Of a stretch of 41,675 bases of DNA, positions 28,795 through 38,505 are shown piece by piece (positions within the stretch are counted from its first letter, which is position 1; every line of letters begins with the position of its first letter). A program made the position numbers and the translations under genes. Below the pieces are notes generated by a model. It had not been told where the DNA came from. It ran no database searches and saw only the letters and a program-made list of their open reading frames with translations. This DNA comes from Patescibacteria group bacterium (lineage in GTDB: Bacteria; Patescibacteriota; Microgenomatia; UBA1400; 2-01-FULL-45-11): the NCBI GenBank assembly GCA_042569595.1, contig JBHPHI010000004.1, positions 1 through 41,675 on the forward strand, given 5' to 3'.

Positions 28795-29394
28795 TCAGGT
28801 GGAAGTGGTGGAAGCAAGATAGCTTTTGATGATACTTTCATCTATACCAATTTGTTTTATCCTATCTTCAAATTCCTCTTGACCGATTTTATCCCACTTT
28901 TTCTTTAAAAGCATGATATTTTCTACAGCATCATGGGGAAAAATAACCCAAGCTTCGGTCTTTTCTCCAAAATAATCTGGCTTAATACTGCTCCATGGTT
29001 TTTCAAACATGGTTGCTGTTTTTATGCTTTTAGCTCCGTGATTTAAAAGATACTCTTTGGCCATTTTCAGAGATTCACCAGTATCTGCAATATCATCAAA
29101 TATTAAAATGTCTTCATCTTCTATAGTGACAGGGAGAGATTGGACAACTATTGGACGTTTTTGAGTGTTGTTAATGCCTTTGTAAAATCTTACTTGGATA
29201 CTTGAGGCATTTTTTATATTAAGAAGATCTTGAAGTTGCCTGTTCCAACTGAGTCCTCCCTTAGCAAGGGCAACAACTCTATCAAAAATTTTTTCAGATT
29301 CTTTGATTTTGTTGGCGAGAGAGACCGTTATCTCACCCATTTTTTGCCAATTTGGATACAAGTATTCTTGCTCTTCTATGATAACAGGATTCAT
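28795..29394 (-). CDS. Type I phosphoribosyltransferase (purine-salvage-like)
   Basis: ALAKGGL, LIFDDIADTGES PRPP loop, KPDY, WVIFP. Confidence 0.88.
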   Translation of the reverse strand: MNPVIIEEQEYLYPNWQKMGEITVSLANKIKESEKIFDRVVALAKGGLSWNRQLQDLLNIKNASSIQVRFYKGINNTQKRPIVVQSLPVTIEDEDILIFDDIADTGESLKMAKEYLLNHGAKSIKTATMFEKPWSSIKPDYFGEKTEAWVIFPHDAVENIMLLKKKWDKIGQEEFEDRIKQIGIDESIIKSYLASTTST

Positions 29395-31055
29395 TTGTTG
29401 TTTTCTGAAGCTTTGATAAATTCTGTAAATAATGAATGTGGTCTAAGGGGTCTACTTTTGTATTCAGGATGACCCTGTGTACCTATAAAGAAAGGGTGTT
29501 TATCTGTTGGTAGCTCTATTAACTCAACCAAATTTTCTTTTATTGATCTGCCAGCTATTATTAGCCCTGCTTCTTCTATTTCTTTTTCGAATTCGTCGTT
29601 AAACTCATACCTGTGTCTATGTCTTTCTGATGAAATTCCTTTTTCTTTGTCTGTAAACTGACCGTGTTTGACGTATGCCTCCCATGCCCTTGTGTTTTGT
29701 TTCACCACACACTCCCATCCACCCAACCTCATAGTTCCACCGTAGGCTCTATTTTCAAGGATTCTCTCTTGCTCTGGAATAACATGAACAACCTGATGGG
29801 AAGATTTTGAATCTACTTCTTGTGTGTGCGCGTCTTCCCAGCCAATCACATTTCTTGCAAACTCTACAACAGCCAACTGCATTCCGTAACAAAGACCTAA
29901 ATATGGAATTTTATTTTCTCTTGCGTATTGAATTGCCTTGATTTTTCCCTCAACGCCCCTGGATCCCCAACCAATTGGAACTATTATTCCTTGTAAATCT
30001 TTTAACTTGTCTATACCATTTTCTTCTATTTCTTTACTATTTATTCCTCTGATTTCAAGATCAATTTCTTCGTTGGTGGCGGCGTGCTCTAAGGCGTCGT
30101 ACAATGCCGCATATGAGTCCTTCAAATCATAGTCACCTGTGGCAAAATATTTGCCAACAATCCCAATAATAGCTTTCTTAGTTTTTTTCTTTTTGGTTTT
30201 TTCAACATACTCATCCCATCTACTCATGTCTTGAGTTTTTTCTTCCATACCTAAAGCTCTTAAAACCTTGCCGTCAAAATCCTGATCTCTGAAAATACCC
30301 GGGATAAGATATACGGAATTGACATCCGGACCATCTATAATGTGTTCGGGTTTCACATTGCAGAACAAGGCAAATCTTTCTCTTCTTCTGTCGTCAATTG
30401 GTTTGGCGGACCTTGCTAAAATAAACTCTGGTTGAATACCCATTCCGTTCATAATTTTGACTGACAATTGAGTTGGTTTGGTTTTGGGTTCGCCGATGTG
30501 TTTTGGAACTGGAAGGTAGGAGACATGAATGTGTAAGGTTTTTAAGTCTCTTGCAACACGCATTATTCTTGAGGCCTCATAGTACAGTGAGTTTTGATAT
30601 TCTCCGGCTGTGCCACCAAGCTCGATTAAAACAATCTCTGCCTCTTCTTTTTCCCCTGCATCAATTATTCTTTCAATAATTTCATCTGTTACGTGAGGGA
30701 TTGCTTCAACATCCTCACCGTCATAGCCGAAATTCCTTTCTCTTTGAATAACGGCTTGATACACCTGACCCATGGTAATGAAATTTCTTCTAGAAATATC
30801 TTGATCTAAGAATTTTTCATAAGTGCCAAGATCCATATCGGCTTCTGTGCCATCCTCGCACAGAAAAGGATCTCCGTGCTCTATGGGGTTTATGAGGCCT
30901 GCGTCTATGTTTAGATAGTTTTCGCACTTTACGATAGTAACTTTGTATCCACGGGACTTTAGAAGAAGAGCTAATGAAGCACTAGCAACACCCTTTCCTA
31001 GTCCGGAAAGGACACCACCTGAAACGAAAATGTATGGAGTATTGTTGTCTTGCAT
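29391..31055 (-). CDS. pyrG: CTP synthase
   Basis: GGVLSGLGKG, D.DLG.YE.F, KTKPTQ, GLCYGMQ, ERHRHRYE, HPE. Start taken at MQDN (the track starts at 31070). Confidence 0.97.
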   Translation of the reverse strand: MQDNNTPYIFVSGGVLSGLGKGVASASLALLLKSRGYKVTIVKCENYLNIDAGLINPIEHGDPFLCEDGTEADMDLGTYEKFLDQDISRRNFITMGQVYQAVIQRERNFGYDGEDVEAIPHVTDEIIERIIDAGEKEEAEIVLIELGGTAGEYQNSLYYEASRIMRVARDLKTLHIHVSYLPVPKHIGEPKTKPTQLSVKIMNGMGIQPEFILARSAKPIDDRRRERFALFCNVKPEHIIDGPDVNSVYLIPGIFRDQDFDGKVLRALGMEEKTQDMSRWDEYVEKTKKKKTKKAIIGIVGKYFATGDYDLKDSYAALYDALEHAATNEEIDLEIRGINSKEIEENGIDKLKDLQGIIVPIGWGSRGVEGKIKAIQYARENKIPYLGLCYGMQLAVVEFARNVIGWEDAHTQEVDSKSSHQVVHVIPEQERILENRAYGGTMRLGGWECVVKQNTRAWEAYVKHGQFTDKEKGISSERHRHRYEFNDEFEKEIEEAGLIIAGRSIKENLVELIELPTDKHPFFIGTQGHPEYKSRPLRPHSLFTEFIKASENNK

Positions 31056-31070
31056 AGGGTATTTTAACAC

Positions 31071-31961
31071 CTATTTTAGGTATGAAGCAATGAGGTTGCC
31101 AACACTTAAAACAATAAGCTTACTAGAGTTAACTTTCTCAGGTTTTTGCACAGAATCTGTAATAATAATTCTATCAATTTCCGATGAATCAATCTTTTCT
31201 TGTACTCCGTCCAAAAATAAGTGATGAGTAGCGGCCACAGTTACTGACTTGACCCCCTTTTCTTTCAAGTACTTGGCGGACTCAAGTAGAGTTGATCCTG
31301 TAACAACCATGTCATCGATAATAAGAGCGTCTTTTCCAGAGATATCTCTATCTATATCTACGATAGAAACCTTTCCAGTTTCCAGATCTCTTTTTTTGTT
31401 TAGATATGCAACGTTAATATCTAAGCTATTGGCAAAATTTGTTGAGGTCTTCACAGCGCCAGCGTCTGGACTTACTATCACATAATCTTTCTGATTTAAT
31501 TCTTTTTTGAAAAATTCTAAAAATAAAGAACTTGCTTTCACGTTTTCTAGAGGGGTTTCAAAGAATCCCATAATAGCTGGATTATGAAGATCTAAAGTGA
31601 GAATTTTTCTGATTGGAGTAGTTTGTATAATCTTTGCAACCACCTTCACTGATAATGGCTCTCCTGACCTAAATACCTTATCCTGTTTTGAATATCCAAG
31701 CCAAGGAATAACAGCTGTAAGTTCATTTGCGCCTTTCCTTTTTAGAGCGTCTGCCATAAGACAAAATTCAATAATGTGATGATCAACTGGATTTGAAAAA
31801 GACTGAAGAAGGATGACTTTTTCTGGAACCTGGTCTTTTATCCAAACCCTACACTCATTGTTTGTAAATCTTGATAGTTCAACAGCACCAAATTCAATAT
31901 CTAATTTTTTCGCAATGTTTTCAGCTAATTTTTTGTTTGATCTTCCAGAGAAAATTTTCAT
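31071..31961 (-). CDS. prs: Ribose-phosphate pyrophosphokinase
   Basis: IFSG, PWLGYSKQDK, DLH, VSPDAG, IDDMVVTGST, ATH. Start at MKIFSG. Confidence 0.95.
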   Translation of the reverse strand: MKIFSGRSNKKLAENIAKKLDIEFGAVELSRFTNNECRVWIKDQVPEKVILLQSFSNPVDHHIIEFCLMADALKRKGANELTAVIPWLGYSKQDKVFRSGEPLSVKVVAKIIQTTPIRKILTLDLHNPAIMGFFETPLENVKASSLFLEFFKKELNQKDYVIVSPDAGAVKTSTNFANSLDINVAYLNKKRDLETGKVSIVDIDRDISGKDALIIDDMVVTGSTLLESAKYLKEKGVKSVTVAATHHLFLDGVQEKIDSSEIDRIIITDSVQKPEKVNSSKLIVLSVGNLIASYLK

Positions 31962-31962
31962 A

Positions 31963-34900
31963 TTAATTTTGAGACTCAACTAAAAGGTTGTTTATTTTCC
32001 TTTCTACAACATCTGAATAATTGATCGTGTATGGCAAATCGAGCACTTTATCATCTCCTCCGTTTGGAATGATAACTTGAGCTCTTTCTTGGCCGGGGTT
32101 TTCTTTTAAAATTGTACCAATTTTTGCCAATACAGCTTTTCCTGTTCCTCTCGGAATATTTATTTTTATTGTGCTTTTGCTTTGCACTGCTGATAACTCA
32201 TACACATCATCGACTAAAAAAGATGATTTTCCATCTCTTTCATCGAGTTTTCCTTTTACAATTACTATTTTTTCTTCCATCCAAAATCTTTTCGTTTTTT
32301 CATAAGTTTTTGGAAACACTACTAAATCTATGCTGCCCGTGTCATCTTCTAGAGAAACAAAAGCCATTTCGGAGTTATTTTTCTTGGTAAATATCTTCCT
32401 GACAGACGCAATCATTCCGCCTATGGTGGTTTTTTGGTTTGTATGAATTATAGGATCTAACTGACTGATTTTTGAATCGGTAGCATCGCTAACGTCTTTC
32501 ATGGAGTGTGCTAGGGGGTGATCTGTTAGATATAAACCTAATAATTCTTTTTCTGCAGCTAACATTTCAGAGTCTGGAATTTCATCCATTTCTGGAAGAT
32601 TGTCTTTTATCTCAATTTTTTCATTTTTTGCTACTGAATCAAATAGACCTTCCTGACCAATTGAAAGTTTTTTCTGTTTATCAGCTGCTTTGCCACGAAT
32701 TTCTTCGTAGCCTGCCAATATAGAAGATCTTTTACCAAATATGTCCATTGCACCCACTCTAACTAGACTTTCAATTACCTTCTTATTGCACTTTCTGTTA
32801 TCTACTTTAGAGAAGAAGTCTGTGAGTGAAGAAAACTCACCTTCTTTTTCCCGAACTTCTAGAAGATTTTCCACAGCTACATCCCCGACATTTTTTATAG
32901 CTGACATTCCAAATCTTATGGCCCCTAACCTGCCTTTTTCGGTGGCTTTTTCCATGGTAAAAGCTAAATATGATTTGTTTATTTGTGGAGGCAAAAGTTC
33001 AATATTTAGCCTCTTGCAATCTTCAACAACGAGATTCATTTTTTCTTCCTTGCTTGCTGAATGAGAATGAGATTCGATGGTAAAAAGGGCCGTCATGTAT
33101 TCAAGGGGGTAGTTTGCCTTCATGTATGCTGTTTGATATGCGATCATAGCGTAGCTCACGGAATGAGCTTTGTTGAAGCCGTAACCTGCAAATTTATCTA
33201 TAAACCCCCATATCTTTGTTGCAATTTTTTCGGTGTATCCTTTTTTCTTAGCTCCTGCTACAAATTTCTTTTTTTCTTTATCTAATATATATTTCTTCTT
33301 TTTTCCTATCGCTCTTCTTAGGATATCTGCTTCTCCTAGCGAGTATCCTGCCATTACATTTGCAATTTGAAGAACTTGCTCTTGATATACCGGAATTCCG
33401 TAAGTTTCTTCTAACACTTGCTTTAAATCCGGATGTGGATATTTTATGGTTTCTGGGTTTTTCTTTCCTCCAATAAAAGTATCTATCAGCTCCATAGGTC
33501 CTGGTCTATATAAGGCCACCATAGCTGTAAGGTCCGAAAACCTACTTGGCTCTAGTTTTTTTGCTACTCTCCTCATTCCCGAAGATTCAAGCTGAAACAC
33601 ACCTGTGGTGTGACCTTTAGAGATCATTTCATATACTCCTGAATCGTCCAAAGGGATGTCGGACAGCTTGATTTTCTTTTTTCTCTTTTTTTCCACAAGC
33701 TCAATCGCTCTACCTAGAATGGAGAGATTCCTTAACCCTAGGAAGTCCATTTTAAGTAGGCCTATTGCAGTTTCATCTACGTTTAAGTCTAGGTCGTACA
33801 TGTCAAACTGAGTAACTATTTTTCCTCCTCGGGATTCTCTTTGGATGGGAGTGTATTCTGGCAATGGCTTGTCGGAAATAACAACAGCTGCTGCATGAAC
33901 AGATGAATGCCTGCTGTTACCTTCCACTTTTTTGGCTAAATCAAGAAGTTTTTTAAACTTTGGCTGTTTGTAATACTCCTGCATTTCCATTACACCAACA
34001 ACTGATTCTTCTATGGAAAACCCTTGCGGAATAAGTTTTGCAATCTTATCTGTCTCGGAAAAGGTTAAACCTAAAACCCTTCCAATATCTCTAATTGCAG
34101 CCCTGGCCTCCATTGTTCCAAAAGTAATTACCTGAGCCACTTTGTCTTCGCCGTAAGTTTCTGTTGTGTATCGGATAACCTCATCTCTTCTTTCATCTGC
34201 TATATCAATATCTATATCGGGCGGAGAAGGTCTTTGAGGATTTAAAAACCTTTCGAATGGAATGTCGTGCTGTAAGGGATCAATGTCTGTGATTTCGGTA
34301 ATATAGGAAACAATGGAGCCGGCAGCAGATCCCCTACCTGGCCCCACCCTTATTTTCTGATCTTTAGCCCAATTAACAAAATCTTGAACAATTAAAAAGT
34401 ATGTCGAATATCCTTTATCTGCAATGACTCCAAGCTCGTACTCAATTCTGTCAAGCACTTTTTGTGTGGGTTTTTTATATCTATTTTTAACGCGGTCATA
34501 AACGAATTTTTTTAGGTAAGAAGCTTCATCAAACCCATCAGGAATAGGATAGTTTGGAAAAATCATTTTTCCTGTGGGAATTTCTACGTTGCATTTTTCT
34601 GCGATTTTGACGGTGTTTTCCAGGGCATCTGGATATTCTCTAAAAAGTTTTTGCATTTCCTCTGTAGTTTTTAGATAAAAATCAGGAGAGTCTATCATAG
34701 ACATTCTATTTTTATCATCTATGGTTTTTCTTGTTTGAACTGCCAAAAGAGCATCCTGAGCATCTGCATCATCTTCATCGACATAATGAACGTCATTGGT
34801 AGCTACAAGCGGAACACCAAATTCTTTTGATAGCTCTATTAATTTTGGAGTTAGTTCTTCTTCTAAGTCTTTTAAGTTTGGGTGGTTTTGAATTTCTATA

Positions 34901-35412
34901 TAAAAATCATCGCCAAATAAATCATGAAATTTTTTTGTCCATTCCTTCGCTTCTTTGTCTTTATTTTCTCTCAATTTTTTTGGAATCAGACCTGAGGGAC
35001 ATCCGCTTGTGCAAATGATTCCCTCTTTGTATTTTTTTAGGAGTTCAAAATCAACTCTTGGTTTGTATGAAAAACCGTCCAAGTTTGCAGTAGATATAAG
35101 CTTCATTAAGTTTTTGTAGCCAGTTAAATCTTTTGCCAGCAAAAGAAGGTGATAGGCGTCAGAACCCATTCTTACTTGCTTCTTCTTGTGGTCAAACTCA
35201 CTCATATAGGCCTCTACGCCTATAATGGCTTTAACATCTTGTTTTTTTGCTTCGTTGAAAAACTTTACTACCCCATGCATTGCGCCATGATCTGTTATGG
35301 CTACGGCTTTTTGACCGTTATCTTTAGTTCTTTTTATTAGTTTTTTTATTTGAGATAAACCGTCCAAAAGAGAATATTCTGTATGGACATGCAGATGAAC
35401 AAAGTCACTCAT
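31963..35412 (-). CDS. dnaE: DNA polymerase III alpha subunit
   Basis: PHP HLHVHTEYSLLDG, GPGRGSAAGS, PDIDID, KMDFLGL, GYGFNKAHS, OB-fold. Confidence 0.99.
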   Translation of the reverse strand: MSDFVHLHVHTEYSLLDGLSQIKKLIKRTKDNGQKAVAITDHGAMHGVVKFFNEAKKQDVKAIIGVEAYMSEFDHKKKQVRMGSDAYHLLLLAKDLTGYKNLMKLISTANLDGFSYKPRVDFELLKKYKEGIICTSGCPSGLIPKKLRENKDKEAKEWTKKFHDLFGDDFYIEIQNHPNLKDLEEELTPKLIELSKEFGVPLVATNDVHYVDEDDADAQDALLAVQTRKTIDDKNRMSMIDSPDFYLKTTEEMQKLFREYPDALENTVKIAEKCNVEIPTGKMIFPNYPIPDGFDEASYLKKFVYDRVKNRYKKPTQKVLDRIEYELGVIADKGYSTYFLIVQDFVNWAKDQKIRVGPGRGSAAGSIVSYITEITDIDPLQHDIPFERFLNPQRPSPPDIDIDIADERRDEVIRYTTETYGEDKVAQVITFGTMEARAAIRDIGRVLGLTFSETDKIAKLIPQGFSIEESVVGVMEMQEYYKQPKFKKLLDLAKKVEGNSRHSSVHAAAVVISDKPLPEYTPIQRESRGGKIVTQFDMYDLDLNVDETAIGLLKMDFLGLRNLSILGRAIELVEKKRKKKIKLSDIPLDDSGVYEMISKGHTTGVFQLESSGMRRVAKKLEPSRFSDLTAMVALYRPGPMELIDTFIGGKKNPETIKYPHPDLKQVLEETYGIPVYQEQVLQIANVMAGYSLGEADILRRAIGKKKKYILDKEKKKFVAGAKKKGYTEKIATKIWGFIDKFAGYGFNKAHSVSYAMIAYQTAYMKANYPLEYMTALFTIESHSHSASKEEKMNLVVEDCKRLNIELLPPQINKSYLAFTMEKATEKGRLGAIRFGMSAIKNVGDVAVENLLEVREKEGEFSSLTDFFSKVDNRKCNKKVIESLVRVGAMDIFGKRSSILAGYEEIRGKAADKQKKLSIGQEGLFDSVAKNEKIEIKDNLPEMDEIPDSEMLAAEKELLGLYLTDHPLAHSMKDVSDATDSKISQLDPIIHTNQKTTIGGMIASVRKIFTKKNNSEMAFVSLEDDTGSIDLVVFPKTYEKTKRFWMEEKIVIVKGKLDERDGKSSFLVDDVYELSAVQSKSTIKINIPRGTGKAVLAKIGTILKENPGQERAQVIIPNGGDDKVLDLPYTINYSDVVERKINNLLVESQN

Positions 35413-35488
35413 ATTATTCTTATACTACCAACTGAAAAGCAAAATTGTAGCCTTACTTTAAGCAAAATCTGGTTTACAATATTTAGGT

Positions 35489-36793
35489 TTAGCTTCTGAG
35501 CTTGCTTTCGAAGATTTGCTTTAGAAGTTTTCCGTCTGCTTTTCCTTGGCTTAAAGCCATGGCTTTTCCAATTAGGGCCCCTATAGCTTGATCTTTTCCT
35601 TCTTGGTAGTCTTTTGCCACTTTTGGTAATTGATCTATTACTTTTTTCACTATTTCTTCCAATTGGCCAGTGTCTGCAATTTTGCTATCAGCTTCTTTTT
35701 TTATGATGTTTGGAATTTCTTCTGGCTTTACTTTCGTTATATCTACTAGATTGTTTACTATCATTCCAACAGCTTTTTGAAGACCTACATTCATTTTTTT
35801 ACACGACTTAATTACTTCGTCAATATACTTGGATGTGTTTGAGTTTACTGATAATTGAGCCGCATAGTCCTCTCTCATCCCAAGGTCTATCCACCTTTTC
35901 TTTACTTCATCTGGAAGTTCAGGGATTTGAGACCTAATTTTCTCTATTTGCTCTTCTGATATGTGAATTGGGGGAATGTCTGGTTCTGGGAAATACCTGT
36001 AATCAGCGGCCTCTTCTTTTATTCTTTGAGATTTTGTTTTGTTTAATGACTCATCCCACCCCCTGGTTTCTTGTGTAGGAATTTCACCCTTTTCGATTAA
36101 CTTCTTCTGTCTTTCAATTTCATAATCTATTGATCTTCCTATGAATCTGAAGGAGTTTACGTTTTTTACTTCCACCTTATATCCCAGACTCATACCTAGA
36201 GATATATTTGCCTCTAGCCTCATGGTTCCTTTTTCCATGTCGCAATCTGATACGCCAAGGCTTCTTACAATTGATCTTAATTTTTGACCAAACTCCTTTG
36301 CCTGTTTTGAAGATTTTATGTCTGGTTCTGTAACAATTTCTACCAAAGGAACACCGCTTCTATTGAAGTCAACCAAAGAAGCGTCTTTTCCCTTTATGTT
36401 TTTATGTTGAAGTTTGCCTGTGTCTTCCTCTAAATGCACCCTAGTAATTCTTACCCTCCCATCCGTGGTGTCTAGGTACCCGCCAGTGCAAAATGGCTTG
36501 TCGTACTGACTGATCTGATACCCTTTTGGCAGATCTGGATAAAAATAATGTTTTCGATCGAACTTACTCACTTTATTTACTTTGCAATTTAGAGCCATCC
36601 CGATCATTATTGTCCAGTCAACTGCTTTTTCGTTTGAAACAGGCAAAGCCCCAGGCAAACCCAAACAAACGGGACATGTTTGAGAGTTTGGTTTCTTTCC
36701 GAAATGATCAGCTGGGCAACCGCAAAACATCTTGCTTTTAGTTTCGAGTTCGACGTGTATTTCAAATCCTACTACTGGCTTTTCCACTTTCAT
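35489..36793 (-). CDS. gatB: Asp/Glu-tRNA amidotransferase subunit B
   Basis: GFEIHVEL, KMFC, YFYPDLPKGYQISQ, HLEEDTGK, DYRYFPEPD. ATG overlaps the gatA stop (ATGA). Confidence 0.98.
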   Translation of the reverse strand: MKVEKPVVGFEIHVELETKSKMFCGCPADHFGKKPNSQTCPVCLGLPGALPVSNEKAVDWTIMIGMALNCKVNKVSKFDRKHYFYPDLPKGYQISQYDKPFCTGGYLDTTDGRVRITRVHLEEDTGKLQHKNIKGKDASLVDFNRSGVPLVEIVTEPDIKSSKQAKEFGQKLRSIVRSLGVSDCDMEKGTMRLEANISLGMSLGYKVEVKNVNSFRFIGRSIDYEIERQKKLIEKGEIPTQETRGWDESLNKTKSQRIKEEAADYRYFPEPDIPPIHISEEQIEKIRSQIPELPDEVKKRWIDLGMREDYAAQLSVNSNTSKYIDEVIKSCKKMNVGLQKAVGMIVNNLVDITKVKPEEIPNIIKKEADSKIADTGQLEEIVKKVIDQLPKVAKDYQEGKDQAIGALIGKAMALSQGKADGKLLKQIFESKLRS

Positions 36794-38031
36794 GACTTTG
36801 GTCTCCTTGTATGCCAATCTGTAGTTTTTTGATACTGAGATCCTAATCCGAAGAGTACTTCCTCACTCCATCTTGGTCCAATGATCTGCATTCCAATCGG
36901 CAAGTCACTTTTCGTAAATCCGCACGGCAAAGCAAGGGAGGGAATTCCAGCCAAACTCGCATTAACCGTTAAAACATCTGACAAATACATTTTTAGTGGG
37001 TCGTTTACTCGCTCTCCTAAATCGAAGGGAGGAGTTGGGGATACTGGCCCCATAATTACGTCTACCTTTTTGAAAGCTTTTGTAAAATCATCTTTAATCA
37101 AGGTTCTTACTTTAGCTGCTTTTTCATAATATTTAGATGAATATCCTGAAGATGATGCAAATGTGCCTAGTAATATTCTTCTCTCAGCCTCTTGACCAAA
37201 ACTTCCTCTATTTTTTCCATATCTTACGCCATCATATCTTGATAAATTACTTGAAACCTCGGTAGACATAACTAAATAATAAACGGCAATTCCATATTTT
37301 GTGTGCGGCAATGAAATGTTTACTAATTCGTGTCCTTGATTTTTTAAAGTATCTATTGCTTTAGTAACCACTTCTTTTACCTCTTTATCCAAACCCTCTA
37401 AAAAATACTCGTCAGGAATTCCTATGGTAATCTTTTGACTTTCTCTGAAATTAAATTCTTTTTCTTTTTCCCTAGTCTTTAGTTGAGTATTAGAGTCTTT
37501 TGAGTCTTCTTTTGAGCAAGCTTCATATATCTTTTTTACCTTTTCCACAGAAGTAGAAATTATGCTGGGACAATCCAAGCTGCTTCCCATTGCTATAATT
37601 CCATATCTACTCAGAGATCCATACGTCGGTTTCAAACCTACAGTATTTGTGAAACAAGCAGGAAGCCTAATAGACCCACCCGTGTCTGTTCCAAATGAGT
37701 ATTCAGCATAGCCGTCGGCAACTGAAGCTCCTGAGCCACTACAAGAACCCCCCGGGGTTTTTTTAGGATTCCATGGATTTTTTGTAGGACCAAAATCAGA
37801 GTTTTCTCCACTAGCTCCATGAGCCCAAGCGTCTAGATTGACCTTTGCTTTAGTTCTGTAGCCTTCTTTTTCTATTAGATCTACCACTGTTGAGGTGTAT
37901 TGAGCCTGATAGTTTTCTAAAACTTTTGATGCAGCAGTGGTTTTTGTCCCTTTTATTAAGTAATTGTCTTTATGGGTAACAGACCCGCTTTTATCTACTT
38001 CTGAAATAATGTAGTTTAAATCGTTCTTCAT
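36790..38031 (-). CDS. gatA: Asp/Glu-tRNA amidotransferase subunit A
   Basis: KDN, PGGS, GTDTGGSIRLPA, KPTYG, RYDG, RILLG. Start at MKNDL. Confidence 0.97.
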   Translation of the reverse strand: MKNDLNYIISEVDKSGSVTHKDNYLIKGTKTTAASKVLENYQAQYTSTVVDLIEKEGYRTKAKVNLDAWAHGASGENSDFGPTKNPWNPKKTPGGSCSGSGASVADGYAEYSFGTDTGGSIRLPACFTNTVGLKPTYGSLSRYGIIAMGSSLDCPSIISTSVEKVKKIYEACSKEDSKDSNTQLKTREKEKEFNFRESQKITIGIPDEYFLEGLDKEVKEVVTKAIDTLKNQGHELVNISLPHTKYGIAVYYLVMSTEVSSNLSRYDGVRYGKNRGSFGQEAERRILLGTFASSSGYSSKYYEKAAKVRTLIKDDFTKAFKKVDVIMGPVSPTPPFDLGERVNDPLKMYLSDVLTVNASLAGIPSLALPCGFTKSDLPIGMQIIGPRWSEEVLFGLGSQYQKTTDWHTRRPKS

Positions 38032-38032
38032 T

Positions 38033-38332
38033 TTAAATAACCTTGTCAACAATAAAATAACCATTATATGTGTGCGTTGCTTGCGAAAGGGCCTCTTCCT
38101 GAGTTAGTCCTGGTTTAATTTCATCCTCTCTTAATACATTGACTTGGTCATCAATTACTTGATAAGTTGGCTTTGTATTTTTTGTGTCAGCTTCCTCTAG
38201 TTGTTCAACATAATTAACAATATTTACTAATTGAGGAACATAAGATTCCAACTCTTCTTCAGATACATCAATTTTTGCTAATTTTGCTGTGTGTTTTAGT
38301 AGCTTATCGTCAATTTGAATTTTTTTACTCAT
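38033..38332 (-). CDS. gatC: Asp/Glu-tRNA amidotransferase subunit C
   Basis: AKLAKI, QL..I..YV.QL, LRED, F.V.KVI. ATG at 38332 preceded by AAGGA. Confidence 0.93.
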   Translation of the reverse strand: MSKKIQIDDKLLKHTAKLAKIDVSEEELESYVPQLVNIVNYVEQLEEADTKNTKPTYQVIDDQVNVLREDEIKPGLTQEEALSQATHTYNGYFIVDKVI

Positions 38333-38341
38333 TTTTCCTTT

Positions 38342-38369
38342 AAAACAAAAAACTAGCCGGTGGCTAGTT
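38342..38369 (-). terminator. Attenuator terminator directly upstream of gatC
   Basis: Minus strand AACTAGCC-ACC-GGCTAGTT followed by TTTTGTTTT. Confidence 0.9.
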
Positions 38370-38393
38370 CGAATACAAGTATCCAAACTAACC

Positions 38394-38498
38394 CTAAGGG
38401 ATGTTGTTTTGTTGTTGGGTAATTACAACAAAAGTAGTATACCACCCAGACTTAGGGTTTGTGTTTGAATATTTAAAAATTCTAATATTTTTCTTCAT
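38394..38498 (-). CDS. Gln/Asn leader peptide MKKNIRIFKYSNTNPKSGWYTTFVVITQQQNNIP (34 aa)
   Basis: Translated by hand. CAA CAA CAA AAC AAC at 38417-38403, TAG at 38396-38394. Confidence 0.85.
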   Translation of the reverse strand: MKKNIRIFKYSNTNPKSGWYTTFVVITQQQNNIP

Positions 38499-38505
38499 TG
38501 ATACT

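Larger units (their letters stand above)
38342..38498 (-). promoter_or_regulatory. Ribosome-mediated transcription attenuator of gatCAB
   Basis: Leader ORF, protector helix (38451-38471 with 38380-38398), antiterminator (38362-38393) and terminator overlap as in trpL-type attenuators. Confidence 0.85.

Noticed and set aside
38333-38386. ORF-track N-terminal extension of gatC (MDTCIRTSH...)
   Set aside because: It runs through the terminator and antiterminator. The ATG at 38332 has an SD and gives a normal-length GatC.
38437-38447. GGGTGGTATAC in the gat leader resembles a T-box antiterminator
   Set aside because: It lacks the UGGNACC consensus, does not pair with the terminator, and has no stem I/specifier. 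The leader-peptide model explains the structure better.
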